Shown here: positions 11,217 through 20,400 of the stretch, piece by piece
How positions within the stretch are numbered: position 1 is the stretch's first letter
Layout of the letters: the number at the start of each line of letters is the position of its first letter
Assembly: GCA_963785235.1 (NCBI GenBank)
Contig: CAWAUM010000002.1
Coordinates: forward strand, 128,001 to 192,000
Direction: 5' to 3'
Source of the DNA: an uncultured delta proteobacterium
Lineage (GTDB): Bacteria; Desulfobacterota; Desulfomonilia; UBA1062
Length of the DNA: 64,000 nt
Notes under the pieces: generated by a model
Seen by the model: only the letters and a program-made list of their open reading frames with translations
The model's database searches: none
What the model was told of the DNA's origin: nothing
Made by a program: the position numbers and the translations under genes

Positions 11217-11801
11217 ATGATCATGTTAATCATACGCATGAAGGTCCTTTCTGAAAAACACATAGAGTTGTTACAGACGATTGCTTCACTTTCCAGCTCC
11301 ACAAGAATGGAGAAAGGATGCCAGTGCTGGGACTTCTGCCAGAGCACTGAAGATGAAAATCGACTCTTTCTTCTTGAAGAATGGGATACACAGGAGAACC
11401 TTATGACCCATCTGAAGTCGGAGCATTTCAGGGTGCTCCGGGGGGCCATGAATCTTCTCGAAGAGCCCTATGAATGGGGGTTCTACACCGATTACAACCC
11501 GGCAGAGTTGGAGAGATTTAATCGAGAAACTGATTCTCTGGCGTATCTCCTGTTGCCGGAAAATTATCATTTGAACCAAAAAAGCTCAGCAGTCAAATCT
11601 AAATCCTATGGGAGGAATACCATGAAATCCAGTACGAAGGACCAGGCGGAAGGCAAGTTTCACAAAGTAAAAGGTAAGATCAAGGAGGTAGCCGGGAAAC
11701 TCAGCGATAATCCAAAGTTGGAAGCTGAAGGTGCCATTGAAAAGATAACCGGCAAAGCTCAGGAAAAGATCGGTCAGGTCGAGAGGGTTTTGGAGAAGTA
11801 G
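11217..11801 (+). CDS. ABM-family (LsrG/quinol monooxygenase-like) protein reading in frame into CsbD copy 2
   Basis: TRMEKGC...FCQSTEDENRLFLLEEWDTQENL..HLKSEHF; no stop before the CsbD ATG at 11622. Confidence 0.75.
   Translation: MIMLIIRMKVLSEKHIELLQTIASLSSSTRMEKGCQCWDFCQSTEDENRLFLLEEWDTQENLMTHLKSEHFRVLRGAMNLLEEPYEWGFYTDYNPAELERFNRETDSLAYLLLPENYHLNQKSSAVKSKSYGRNTMKSSTKDQAEGKFHKVKGKIKEVAGKLSDNPKLEAEGAIEKITGKAQEKIGQVERVLEK
11622..11801 (+). CDS. CsbD-family general stress protein, copy 2
   Basis: MKSSTKDQAEGKFHKVKGKIKEVAGKLSDNPKLEAEG; own GGAGG RBS. Confidence 0.9.
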   Translation: MKSSTKDQAEGKFHKVKGKIKEVAGKLSDNPKLEAEGAIEKITGKAQEKIGQVERVLEK

Positions 11802-11945
11802 TGAGAGCGGGGTATCATGCAACGACATGTCCATGTGCTTCCGGATGCGGTTGCATGATGCACAACAACCGGGACTCCGAAACCATGAAGTCTTCTCAGA
11901 TTAAAAGTGTTCAATAAATAACAACAATAAAAGGAGAACGAACAA

Positions 11946-12698
11946 ATGAAAGTAATCTATTCTATATCTCTAATGGTTGCAGCGGTGGCTATGCTGGCGA
12001 TAAGTGTACCTGTGCACGCTTCGAAAATGGACACCCGCATCGAAACAGCTGCCAAGCAGTCATATGTGTTCAAGACCTACCTCAAGGCTGATGATATCAA
12101 GGTCAAGTCCGTGGATGGTGTTGTGAGCTTAACGGGAACTGTCTCTGAAGAATCCCATAAGTCATTAGCCCAGGAGACCGTGGCGAGCTTGCCAGGGGTA
12201 AAGAGTGTGGACAACAAACTGGAAATCAAAGGAGAAAGCCCTGCCGAGAATTCCGATGCATGGATCACAACGAAAGTGAAAACCATGCTCCTGTATCATC
12301 GGAATGTGAGTGGTATGACAGAGGTTAACACCAAAGACGGAATCGTCACCCTGCAAGGCGAAGCGGACAGCCAGGCACAAAAGGATCTGACGACTGAATA
12401 CGTCAAGGATGTCGAAGGGGTTAAAGGCGTAAATAATCAGATGGCCATGACAAAGACCGTAAAGAAGACACAAACCACAGGCCAAAAGATTGATGACTCC
12501 TCCATCACCGCCCAGGTCAAGATGACGCTGCTCTATCACCGCTCGACCAGCGCTCTCAATACCAAGGTCACTACGAAGAATGGCGTGGTTACATTGAGTG
12601 GTAAAGCCGCCAACGCAGCTGAAAAGGATCTGGCCACCAGATACGCCAACGACGTAAACGGTGTGAAGGCTGTGAAGAACATGATGACTATCGAATAG
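11946..12698 (+). CDS. Periplasmic triple-BON domain protein (OsmY-like)
   Basis: Signal peptide; three repeats of V...DGVV.L.G...A..V.GVK.V.N; DAWITTKVK and DDSSITAQVK. Confidence 0.92.
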   Translation: MKVIYSISLMVAAVAMLAISVPVHASKMDTRIETAAKQSYVFKTYLKADDIKVKSVDGVVSLTGTVSEESHKSLAQETVASLPGVKSVDNKLEIKGESPAENSDAWITTKVKTMLLYHRNVSGMTEVNTKDGIVTLQGEADSQAQKDLTTEYVKDVEGVKGVNNQMAMTKTVKKTQTTGQKIDDSSITAQVKMTLLYHRSTSALNTKVTTKNGVVTLSGKAANAAEKDLATRYANDVNGVKAVKNMMTIE

Positions 12699-12704
12699 TA
12701 GTCA

Positions 12705-12739
12705 GGAGAGATTCTCCCGGCTCGCCGGGGAATCTCTCC
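12705..12739 (+). other. Intergenic GC-rich stem-loop without U-tract
   Basis: GGAGAGATTC(T)CCCGG-ctcg-CCGGGGAATCTCTCC, 15-bp stem with one bulge, directly before the next RBS. Confidence 0.7.
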
Positions 12740-12753
12740 GAAAGGAGGATCAA

Positions 12754-12900
12754 ATGTTGTGGACGATTGCCGTAATACTGATAGTTCTGTGGCTGCTGGG
12801 GTTGGTGAGCAGTTACACCATGGGAGGGTTAATTCACATCTTGCTGGTGATTGCCATTATCGTTGTGCTGGTCAGCGTCATTCAGGGGCGACGAGGGTAG
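12754..12900 (+). CDS. lmo0937-family small membrane protein, 48 aa (not in ORF track)
   Basis: MLWTIAVILIVLWLLGLVSSYTMGGLIHILLVIAIIVVLVSVIQGRRG; AAGGAGG RBS. Confidence 0.88.
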   Translation: MLWTIAVILIVLWLLGLVSSYTMGGLIHILLVIAIIVVLVSVIQGRRG

Positions 12901-13104
12901 TAAAGCGGTCCTCTTGTCCCAAAAAGACAAGGAATCATGCCATAACCAGCATAGCAAGAGATGGAAAAGCGGCAGAGTAATATAAGTCCAAAGTTCCTTG
13001 TGAGATGGGTAGTAGTAAGACCAAACTCCAGCTAAAGAACCGCGGATAACTACCTACAATAACCAATTTCATAAGTAGCCTATACTTCCTCAATATTCCC
13101 CTTT

Positions 13105-13134
13105 TGGGGAGCTGCAACGGCTCCCCCATTTTTT
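13105..13134 (+). terminator. Rho-independent terminator of the stress array
   Basis: GGGGAGCTG-caa-CGGCTCCCC followed by caTTTTTT. Confidence 0.75.
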
Positions 13135-13212
13135 CAAAAAAAAGTCATGAACCAGGTTTCACACTGAGAAAGAAAAGTTGAGGATATACTTTTTATGACA
13201 CCTTACTATTGT

Positions 13213-13833
13213 TTAGTTCTTTTCCTGTAAGTTCTTCTGCTGTTGTGTTGCTGTCCTGACCGCCTCTTTGATGTCTTTATTATTAGGGTCAATGACAAGA
13301 AGACTCTGCCAGAGCATTATAGCCTTATCGAGGTTACCTTTCCTATATTCCTGAAATCCCTGCATGGAAAGAGTCTTCTTACAGTAAGAGAGCTTTGTAT
13401 TCAAATAAGCACTGTTGAATGAGAGCATCTTACTAACATTGTTAAATTTTGCATAATTGTTCTGCAGAACGTAATACATTCTCCCCGCAGAGGCAACATC
13501 CCTCTTTTCTAAAGCCTTGTCGGCGGCTGACTTGATACCTTCAAGGCTCTTCGCATACTCTTTTTCCAATGGCAGATCCTGTGGCTGCTTGCGGCACTCG
13601 GCACTGTAGATGTCAATAGCCCTCTGGTACTCACCTGCATCCATATATTGCCTGGCCAATGTTATGGCTTGAACTGTTACTTGACTGGGTGTCTGCGACT
13701 TATGCTTGACATGGGCCGATGTCTTGACAGGACTTTTTGGTGATGTCCAGCTTTTCATCTCAGCACACGACTGTATGGTGAGCAAGAGTATAAGGGCTAA
13801 GAGAAGCAGTTTTGGTCTAAGGAGATCCATCAT
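13213..13833 (-). CDS. TPR-like putative lipoprotein
   Basis: Hydrophobic leader ending IQSC; helical TPR-like segments (AGEYQRAIDIY, GNLDKAIMLWQSLLVIDPNN); overlaps the stop of the upstream gene. Confidence 0.7.
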   Translation of the reverse strand: MMDLLRPKLLLLALILLLTIQSCAEMKSWTSPKSPVKTSAHVKHKSQTPSQVTVQAITLARQYMDAGEYQRAIDIYSAECRKQPQDLPLEKEYAKSLEGIKSAADKALEKRDVASAGRMYYVLQNNYAKFNNVSKMLSFNSAYLNTKLSYCKKTLSMQGFQEYRKGNLDKAIMLWQSLLVIDPNNKDIKEAVRTATQQQKNLQEKN

Positions 13834-15200
13834 CGGACCGCCTTCTTAACAGACAGCGGCATAGTATGGACACTGTGCTTTTCCATCAACTCAACGAATA
13901 CAGTGACAAGCTCCGGACGGAACTGTATCCCCGACATACGAGTGATCTCACGCAATGCTTCTTCCTCGGAGAGGGCCTTCCTGTAGGGCCTGTCCGAGGT
14001 CATCGCATCAAATGTGTCACCTATGGTTATTATTGCTGCAAACAGGGGAATATTGTCTCCGACCAATTCATCGGGATAGCCTTTGCCGTTGTGCCACTCA
14101 TGGTGGTGCCGAGTGGAAGGGATATACTTGACTAACGAGGGAGCCCAGCTAAGAATGGATGCTCCGTACTCCACGTGGTGCATCATTTCCTTATATTCAG
14201 CTGGGCTGAGTTTACCTGGCTTGAGCAGAATGGAGTCTGGAATCTTTATCTTACCGACATCATGAAAGAGGCACGCTACCTCCAGGTCTGTCAGCTCATC
14301 TTTGGAAAGGCCCATCTCTTTTCCAATGAGCAGCGACAGCTGTGCTACCCGTGCGGAATGCCCATGGGTATAGGAGTCTCTTGCATCTATGGCTGCAGCC
14401 ACTACCTTGACAATGGAAACATAAGCGTCTTCAAGATCCTGGGCATATCTATTCAGTTTGCCCCTTTGATCTGCTATCTGGGCCGACATTTCATTAAAAT
14501 TGCGTGTAAGATTACCCAACTCATCTTGAGAATAGATCCTGAGGGGATTCTTTGCTGTTCCATTTTTCAGTTCATCCACGCCTGCTGAGAGTTCTTTTAT
14601 AGGCTTTATCAGGAAAGATGCCAGCAGCGAACTGGCAATAATTCCAAGAACGACAATGATTCCGAAGACTATAAGTATTCTGTCAGTGACTTTTCTCTGT
14701 GCCTCTATCAGTACAGACCTGTTCATGCCGAGAATCACACTGCCCAGAGACTTATTCATGAAAACAATGGGGCATGATATTTCGAAAATAGTGCCTGATC
14801 GGGTAGGTAATTCTCTTATCATAGTCCCGTCAGCAGCCTTTCTGAGAAGTCGGCCATGGGTGATTAATATAGTCTCCCCGATCATAGGGGTATCGCTATG
14901 GACAATGGCCTTCCTGTTCGGATCGACGATGACCACATAAGGCATGTCACTATTTGATGACTTTGCTTTATAAACAAGAGTATCCAGACCCAGGAGATCT
15001 CTTGACAGAAGGCTGTACCCTGCCGATGCAGCGATACTTTTCCCCACGGATTCCCCTCGTTTGATAATCTCATTCAATATGTAATTGTTCATTATCTGGA
15101 GAGTCATAATACACAGGATAAAAGAAGTGCTGGTGAGGAGAATAACCGTAAAGAAAGCAATCTTGAATCTTAGATTGGCAGAACGGTATCGTTGTGACAT
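13830..15200 (-). CDS. Membrane sensor-HAMP-HD-GYP cyclic dinucleotide phosphodiesterase (start uncertain)
   Basis: Two TM helices, HAMP (PIKELS..DELGNL..NFNEM), YTHGHS.RV, HDVGKI, HHEWHNGKGYP, D.FDAMTSDRPYR. Confidence 0.9.
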   Translation of the reverse strand: MSQRYRSANLRFKIAFFTVILLTSTSFILCIMTLQIMNNYILNEIIKRGESVGKSIAASAGYSLLSRDLLGLDTLVYKAKSSNSDMPYVVIVDPNRKAIVHSDTPMIGETILITHGRLLRKAADGTMIRELPTRSGTIFEISCPIVFMNKSLGSVILGMNRSVLIEAQRKVTDRILIVFGIIVVLGIIASSLLASFLIKPIKELSAGVDELKNGTAKNPLRIYSQDELGNLTRNFNEMSAQIADQRGKLNRYAQDLEDAYVSIVKVVAAAIDARDSYTHGHSARVAQLSLLIGKEMGLSKDELTDLEVACLFHDVGKIKIPDSILLKPGKLSPAEYKEMMHHVEYGASILSWAPSLVKYIPSTRHHHEWHNGKGYPDELVGDNIPLFAAIITIGDTFDAMTSDRPYRKALSEEEALREITRMSGIQFRPELVTVFVELMEKHSVHTMPLSVKKAVR

Positions 15201-15596
15201 CAACAGCAGCGCGGCCTTGAAGAACTTCAAGAGCGTATGTAAATATGAAGCTATTTTCAGCGCAAATGATCTTTGCCCTGAAAAAAACCGTTGTGTAGCT
15301 CCCATAATCGTTGGCATCTTCACACAAAGTACCCAGTCCTCTTTATCGGCGAAAAAAAGGTAACACTTGAATTTACTCAACCTTGCTGCAGCCGTGTGCT
15401 GTATTAAAAAAAGTGTGGTTTTTATAGATATGCTCCAAGCGTGGCCTCTCAGCCAATTGTCACACTCTGGTTTGACCGACCGGTTTAACCATAATGAGAT
15501 GTGACACCCCGGTTCAGTTTGCCCGTTCTTCTGACGTGAATCAAAACGATGCTTTGTGGTTTTACATCCAGGAAAATATTTGGTATACCATAATCC

Positions 15597-16196
15597 ATGA
15601 AGGTTGAAACATGGATGGTCAAGGAAGTAGTCACCATAGGGAGTAATGCGGCCATCAAAGATGCTCTTATGGTTATGAAGAAGCACTCTGTACGGCATCT
15701 GCCCGTGGTGGACAACGGCGCTTTTGTGGGCCTGGTGGCGCTTGGGGACCTCAAGCAGGCCATCATTGCATCCATGATCGAGCAGCTCAAGATAAGTGAT
15801 GTGATGATCCGCGAGCCCTACACGACCTCCAAGGATACTCCCCTTGAGAAGGCCGCTCAGATCATCTATGAAAAGCGCATCGGGTGCCTGCCTGTAATGG
15901 AAGATGATAAGCTCGTGGGTATCCTCACGGTAAATGATATCCTGAAGGCCTTCATAGACATGCTGGGCGTGCTCAAGGGCGGCTCACGCATCGATGTAAT
16001 CCTGAAAAATGTTCACGGGTCATTTGATGAGGTGGTATCCATCATCGAGTCCAAGGGGGGGTACATCATCAGCGCCGGCATGACCATGAACGGTGAGGAT
16101 AACACCCACCATTTCCGCATATCCGGCGGCGATGCGTCTGAGATCGCCCGGGAGCTGACGAACATGGGCTACCGAGGGATCAAGCTCATAGATTAA
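15597..16196 (+). CDS. CBS-pair plus ACT domain protein (AcuB-like)
   Basis: RHLPVVD, IGCLPVM..LVGILT; C-terminal ACT-like GSFDEVVSII. Confidence 0.85.
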   Translation: MKVETWMVKEVVTIGSNAAIKDALMVMKKHSVRHLPVVDNGAFVGLVALGDLKQAIIASMIEQLKISDVMIREPYTTSKDTPLEKAAQIIYEKRIGCLPVMEDDKLVGILTVNDILKAFIDMLGVLKGGSRIDVILKNVHGSFDEVVSIIESKGGYIISAGMTMNGEDNTHHFRISGGDASEIARELTNMGYRGIKLID

Positions 16197-16477
16197 TCCT
16201 GCAAACGCCCAGTTATCTCCTCAAGGCTCACTCCCTCAAGGGAAACAATCTTGTTCCTGTTCCGTTCTCCCTGAATGATGGATATTCTTGATTTCGCAAT
16301 GCCGAGACGTTTGGAAAGAAACCTGATAAGGGCATCATTGGCCTTGCCCTCAACAGCAGGGGCATTCAGGCGGATAATCAGGGCGTCATTCTTGACCTCA
16401 CCGATGCCTTCCTTGGAGGAGTTGGGCTGAACCCTGCATGAAAGGACTACTGAAACCCCTTTTTGGCTAACCCACAT
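16193..16477 (-). CDS. yggU: DUF167/YggU family protein
   Basis: RVQPNSS..L.APAVEGKANDALIRFLS..I.QGE.NR.K. Confidence 0.9.
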   Translation of the reverse strand: MWVSQKGVSVVLSCRVQPNSSKEGIGEVKNDALIIRLNAPAVEGKANDALIRFLSKRLGIAKSRISIIQGERNRNKIVSLEGVSLEEITGRLQD

Positions 16478-16985
16478 TCCCCTTGTCTCTGATCCAGGCC
16501 TGATATGAATCCAGGATCGCATTGAGCTCGGTAAAGAGTGACGACCTTTTATTCTTCAGGTCTGCCAGGCTCCGCTCGATTTCAGTTTTTGACCGCTCCG
16601 CCTCCCTTAAGACCTCCCTGGCCTTGAGTGTTACATGGGTATGCAGCTCCTGGGCCTTCTGCTCCGCCTCCACGAGTTTCTGGTTGGCAGCGAGCTGTAT
16701 GTCAGAGGCCTTCTTTTCGGCATCAGCCAGGATGGAACTTGCGTCGAGATCCACACGCTTCATCTTTTCATCCGAGAACTGTTTGACTGAGAGGAAGAGG
16801 TCTTCCAAGTCCTTCTGCCTGCGCCTTACCGTTTCCACCTCGCTCTTGAGCATGGAGTTCTCCTCAATGAGCATCTCCATGTCTTCGGCCATGTCCATGA
16901 GGAAGGCTATCACTTCATTCTTGTCAAACCCGGACAGCTTAACCTTAAAGCGCTGCTCCCGGATCATCTCGGGCGAGAGTTTCAT
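16467..16985 (-). CDS. divIVA: DivIVA domain protein
   Basis: MKLSPEMIREQRFKVKLSGFDKNEV..FL followed by coiled coil; yggT-divIVA-yggU order. Confidence 0.85.
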   Translation of the reverse strand: MKLSPEMIREQRFKVKLSGFDKNEVIAFLMDMAEDMEMLIEENSMLKSEVETVRRRQKDLEDLFLSVKQFSDEKMKRVDLDASSILADAEKKASDIQLAANQKLVEAEQKAQELHTHVTLKAREVLREAERSKTEIERSLADLKNKRSSLFTELNAILDSYQAWIRDKGNVG

Positions 16986-17294
16986 CTATAGCCCCCCTTT
17001 CAGCCTGTACCCGGTTTCAATGATAGTACTGGCCAGGGCGTACTTGAGGAAGACGATAGCCGCTATGATGATGATGGGCGAGAGGTCGATCCCGCCGATC
17101 ACGATGGGAAGCCGCCTGCGGATCCAGGAAAAGAGAGGATAGGTAGCGCTGCGAAGGAACTTGACGATCGGGTTGTATGGATCCGGGTTCACCCACGAGA
17201 TGAGCGCACCGATGATGACGATCCACATGTAGATGCTCAGGATGATATCCAGGACATTGCCCAAACCGATGAGTATATTGCCGAGGATATACAT
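16986..17294 (-). CDS. yggT: YggT family membrane protein
   Basis: ALISWVNPDPYNPIV.FL...T.P..IRR.LP..GGIDLSP. Confidence 0.93.
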   Translation of the reverse strand: MYILGNILIGLGNVLDIILSIYMWIVIIGALISWVNPDPYNPIVKFLRSATYPLFSWIRRRLPIVIGGIDLSPIIIIAAIVFLKYALASTIIETGYRLKGGL

Positions 17295-17446
17295 AGACCC
17301 CCCCTTACCTCCTGTGTGTAATCATTTTCCTTTTTGCAGGTTTCACTCTGAGAATGCAAGGGATTTTCCTCCGATTTTAAGCCTATTCGAAAATCTGGCC
17401 ATACGGATGCTTGCAGCGGGAATAAAGCTCTGCTAAACCTTGGGGT

Positions 17447-20400
17447 GTGAAATTATCCAGGGTCGAGATCAAAGGATTCAAGTCCATAGCGAAAAAGATA
17501 TCCCTTGCCATCTCCGGCGGGGTGACCTGCATTGCAGGGCCCAACGGTTGCGGCAAGAGCAACATCATTGATGCAGCCAGGTGGGCGCTTGGCGAGCAGT
17601 CGGCCAAGTCCTTGCGTGCCTCATCCATGAATGAAGTGATCTTTTCCGGGACCCAGGATGTGGGCCCCAGTTCCATGGCCAGTGTAACGTTGGAGTTCAT
17701 CAAGGATGGCGGACCTTTCCCCAAGACCCTTGAAGGATTCGAACAGGTAGCCATTACCAGGCGGCTTTTCCGTTCCGGCGAGAGCGAGTACCTCATCAAT
17801 AATGTCAGGTGCCGCCTGAAAGACATAACAGACCTGTTTTTAGACACGGGCCTGCACAAGAGCGGCTATGCCATTATCGAACAAGGCAAGGTCAAGGACA
17901 TCATCCAGGCCAAACCAGAAGAGATCCGCTATCTCATCGAAGAAGCCGCAGAGGTGGGGAAATTCCGCATAAAACGCACTGAGGCACTGAAAAGGCTTGA
18001 GGCCACATCCAAGAACCTCGAGCGCATAAACGACCTGCTGGGCGAGGTGACAAGACAGAGGAACGACCTGAAGACACAGGCCAACAAGGCAAGAAGATAT
18101 CAAGACCTGAGAAAGGAGGTCAATGAGATCTCCAGGCTCCTGTCCGCAAGCGAGCTCAAGGACATTGCCATGCTTAAGGGGGCTTATGAGCAGCAGCTGA
18201 AGAACATTGAGGCCGGACTAAGCCGGATGGAAGAGGCCCGCACGGAACTGATGGGGAAATTGGGTGTGTATGAATCCGAGAGCATCCGCCTCAAGGGCGA
18301 GATGGATGCACTGGCCTCATCCTTGAGCGATACCGAATCAAGGCAATTATTGGCAGCCCGTGAGATCGAGGGATTCCAGGAGAGACTAAAAGACAGTTCC
18401 GCCACCATGGGCATGCTCAGCCAGAACATGGCCGAAGCACACCGGTATATTGATGAAGAGGGGGCCAAGGTTGCTGTGCTCATGCAGGAGCTGTCCGCCC
18501 TTAAGGATGAAATGGATGGGGCGCAGACTCACCTTGCAGGGCAACAGGTGCGCCACGATGAACTTGTACAGGAATACGACGCCCTCGAAAAACTATACAA
18601 CGAGAAGAGGACAGGGCTTTTTGAGGCCATCTCAGAGGTGCGTTCCATTGAGCAGCGCATCATAGAAGTGCAGGGCCGTATCAAGGAGGTCAATGCAACC
18701 ATCAAAAGACGACAGCAGGACCTTTCCTCCTGTGTTGATGCCGCCGGGGCGTTGTCTCAAGAGCTTGTCCTTCTTGAGGCGGAGATTTCCCGGATAAACC
18801 AGTCCATGCAGCCCATACACGAACAGATAGGGGAAAGTGCCGCTGCAATGGAGGCCGCCAGGGCCGCCATTGAGGCAGGTACGCAAAGACTTTTCGGACA
18901 GGAAAAGACCCAGGCAGAGATCCTGGCCAAGCTCTCCGTGCTCAGCAGGATCATCGACGATGAATCCTCAGCACAGCATAGTCCTGATAAAACAAGAACA
19001 AACGGCAAGAAGAAGGTCTCTGACCTGCTCAGTGTTCAGGCCGGTTACGAGGAGGCAGTGGGCAGGTCCATGGGCAATGCCTTGGACTTCCTGATCTTCC
19101 GTGATCATGAGGAGATAGTCTCGCTTCATGGATTCCAGTCAAAAGGCCCCGGTTTTGTCATAGAGCAGCCGCATATCGAAAAGCACAGCCAGGGCACTTT
19201 GTCGGGAGCTTTTGGTGTGCTGGGTCTTCTCAAGGAGTTTATCGAGGCCCATGACGGCTATGCCGATATTGTGCATGCGCTTTCCCAGAACATGTGGGTG
19301 GTTGAAGACCTTGAGGCTGGGCTTACGTTGTGGAAACAGGGACACAGGTCGTGCAGGTTTGTAACCATGGACGGTATGATCCTGGAGCCAACCGGCGTTA
19401 TCAGGACCACGCAGGAACACACAAAGTATGCAGATGTGCTCAAGGCAAAGGCGGAGATGAAGGACCTTGCCGAGCGTGAGAAAATCATTGCCATGGACAT
19501 GGAACAGGAGAGCCTTTCGCTCAAACAGGCCAGGCAGGTGCTTGTGGATCTTACAGCCCGGAACGATGAAGCCTGTGCGGCATTGATTGCCATGGAGCGC
19601 GAGAGGTCTGCCTTTGAGGAGAAAAAAGGGCGTATCCTGGCGCAGAAGGAGAGGATTTTCGAGCAGCATCGAACCTATGAGGCCGATCTTGCCCAGACGA
19701 ATGAACTTGAAGGCAGGCTTGATATTCAGGTTGCTTCGTTGGGGGAGTCCAAAACGGCCCTTGAAGAGGAACGGACAAGGCGCGAGGAGGCACTTAAGGA
19801 GATCGATGAAAGAAAACTCGCATCCAGACAGGGGCTTACACAATCACAGGAGAATATCGGATTGATCCGTGAAAGGGCCAATGATCTGAAGGTCCTATTT
19901 GCAGAGAAGTCCTCGGGCATCAAGGCAATAGAGGAGTCTTTTGAAAAGAGAAGAGAGTCCATTGTAAAAGACCAGGCCCGGCTCGATGAGATCATACGAA
20001 CCAGACTCATGGTGGAGCAGTCCATGGAAACCTCGGAAAAGCAACTGCTCAGCGCACAAAGCTCCATACTGAACCTGAGGGCATCATATACCGCGCTCCT
20101 GCCCGAATATGAAAAGGCGCTGGGCCTGGCCAGATCAGCCCAGGAGGAGTTCAAAGCACAGCGGGCTGCCCTTGATGAGGCTGAGAAATCACGTTCCGAA
20201 ATGCTCCTGAAGAACAAGGAGTTCGAGATTGCGTATGCCATGAACCTCGAACGGATGGAGGGCAGGTTCGGTAACGGCATCCCCGAGATTCCCGAAACCT
20301 TTGATGCCCTGCAGGCACGGCAAAGGGCAGGCGAGATTGAGGATCGTATAGAGAAGATGGGGCAGATCAACTTTGCATCTCTGGAGGCCTTTGAGCAGGC

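Noticed and set aside
12901-13100. Additional small gene after the lmo0937-type gene
   Set aside because: The ATG after AAGGAATC is followed by a stop at codon 3; other frames show no recognisable product.
15430-15540. c-di-GMP-I (GEMM) riboswitch upstream of the HD-GYP gene
   Set aside because: The minus strand has GGGCAAAC but lacks the GNRA tetraloop and the GACGCAAA/P2 elements.
13830-15698. 622-aa HD-GYP ORF as given in the track
   Set aside because: The first ~166 codons look non-protein-like and overlap the divergent CBS gene and its promoter; the real start is probably near 15200-15320.
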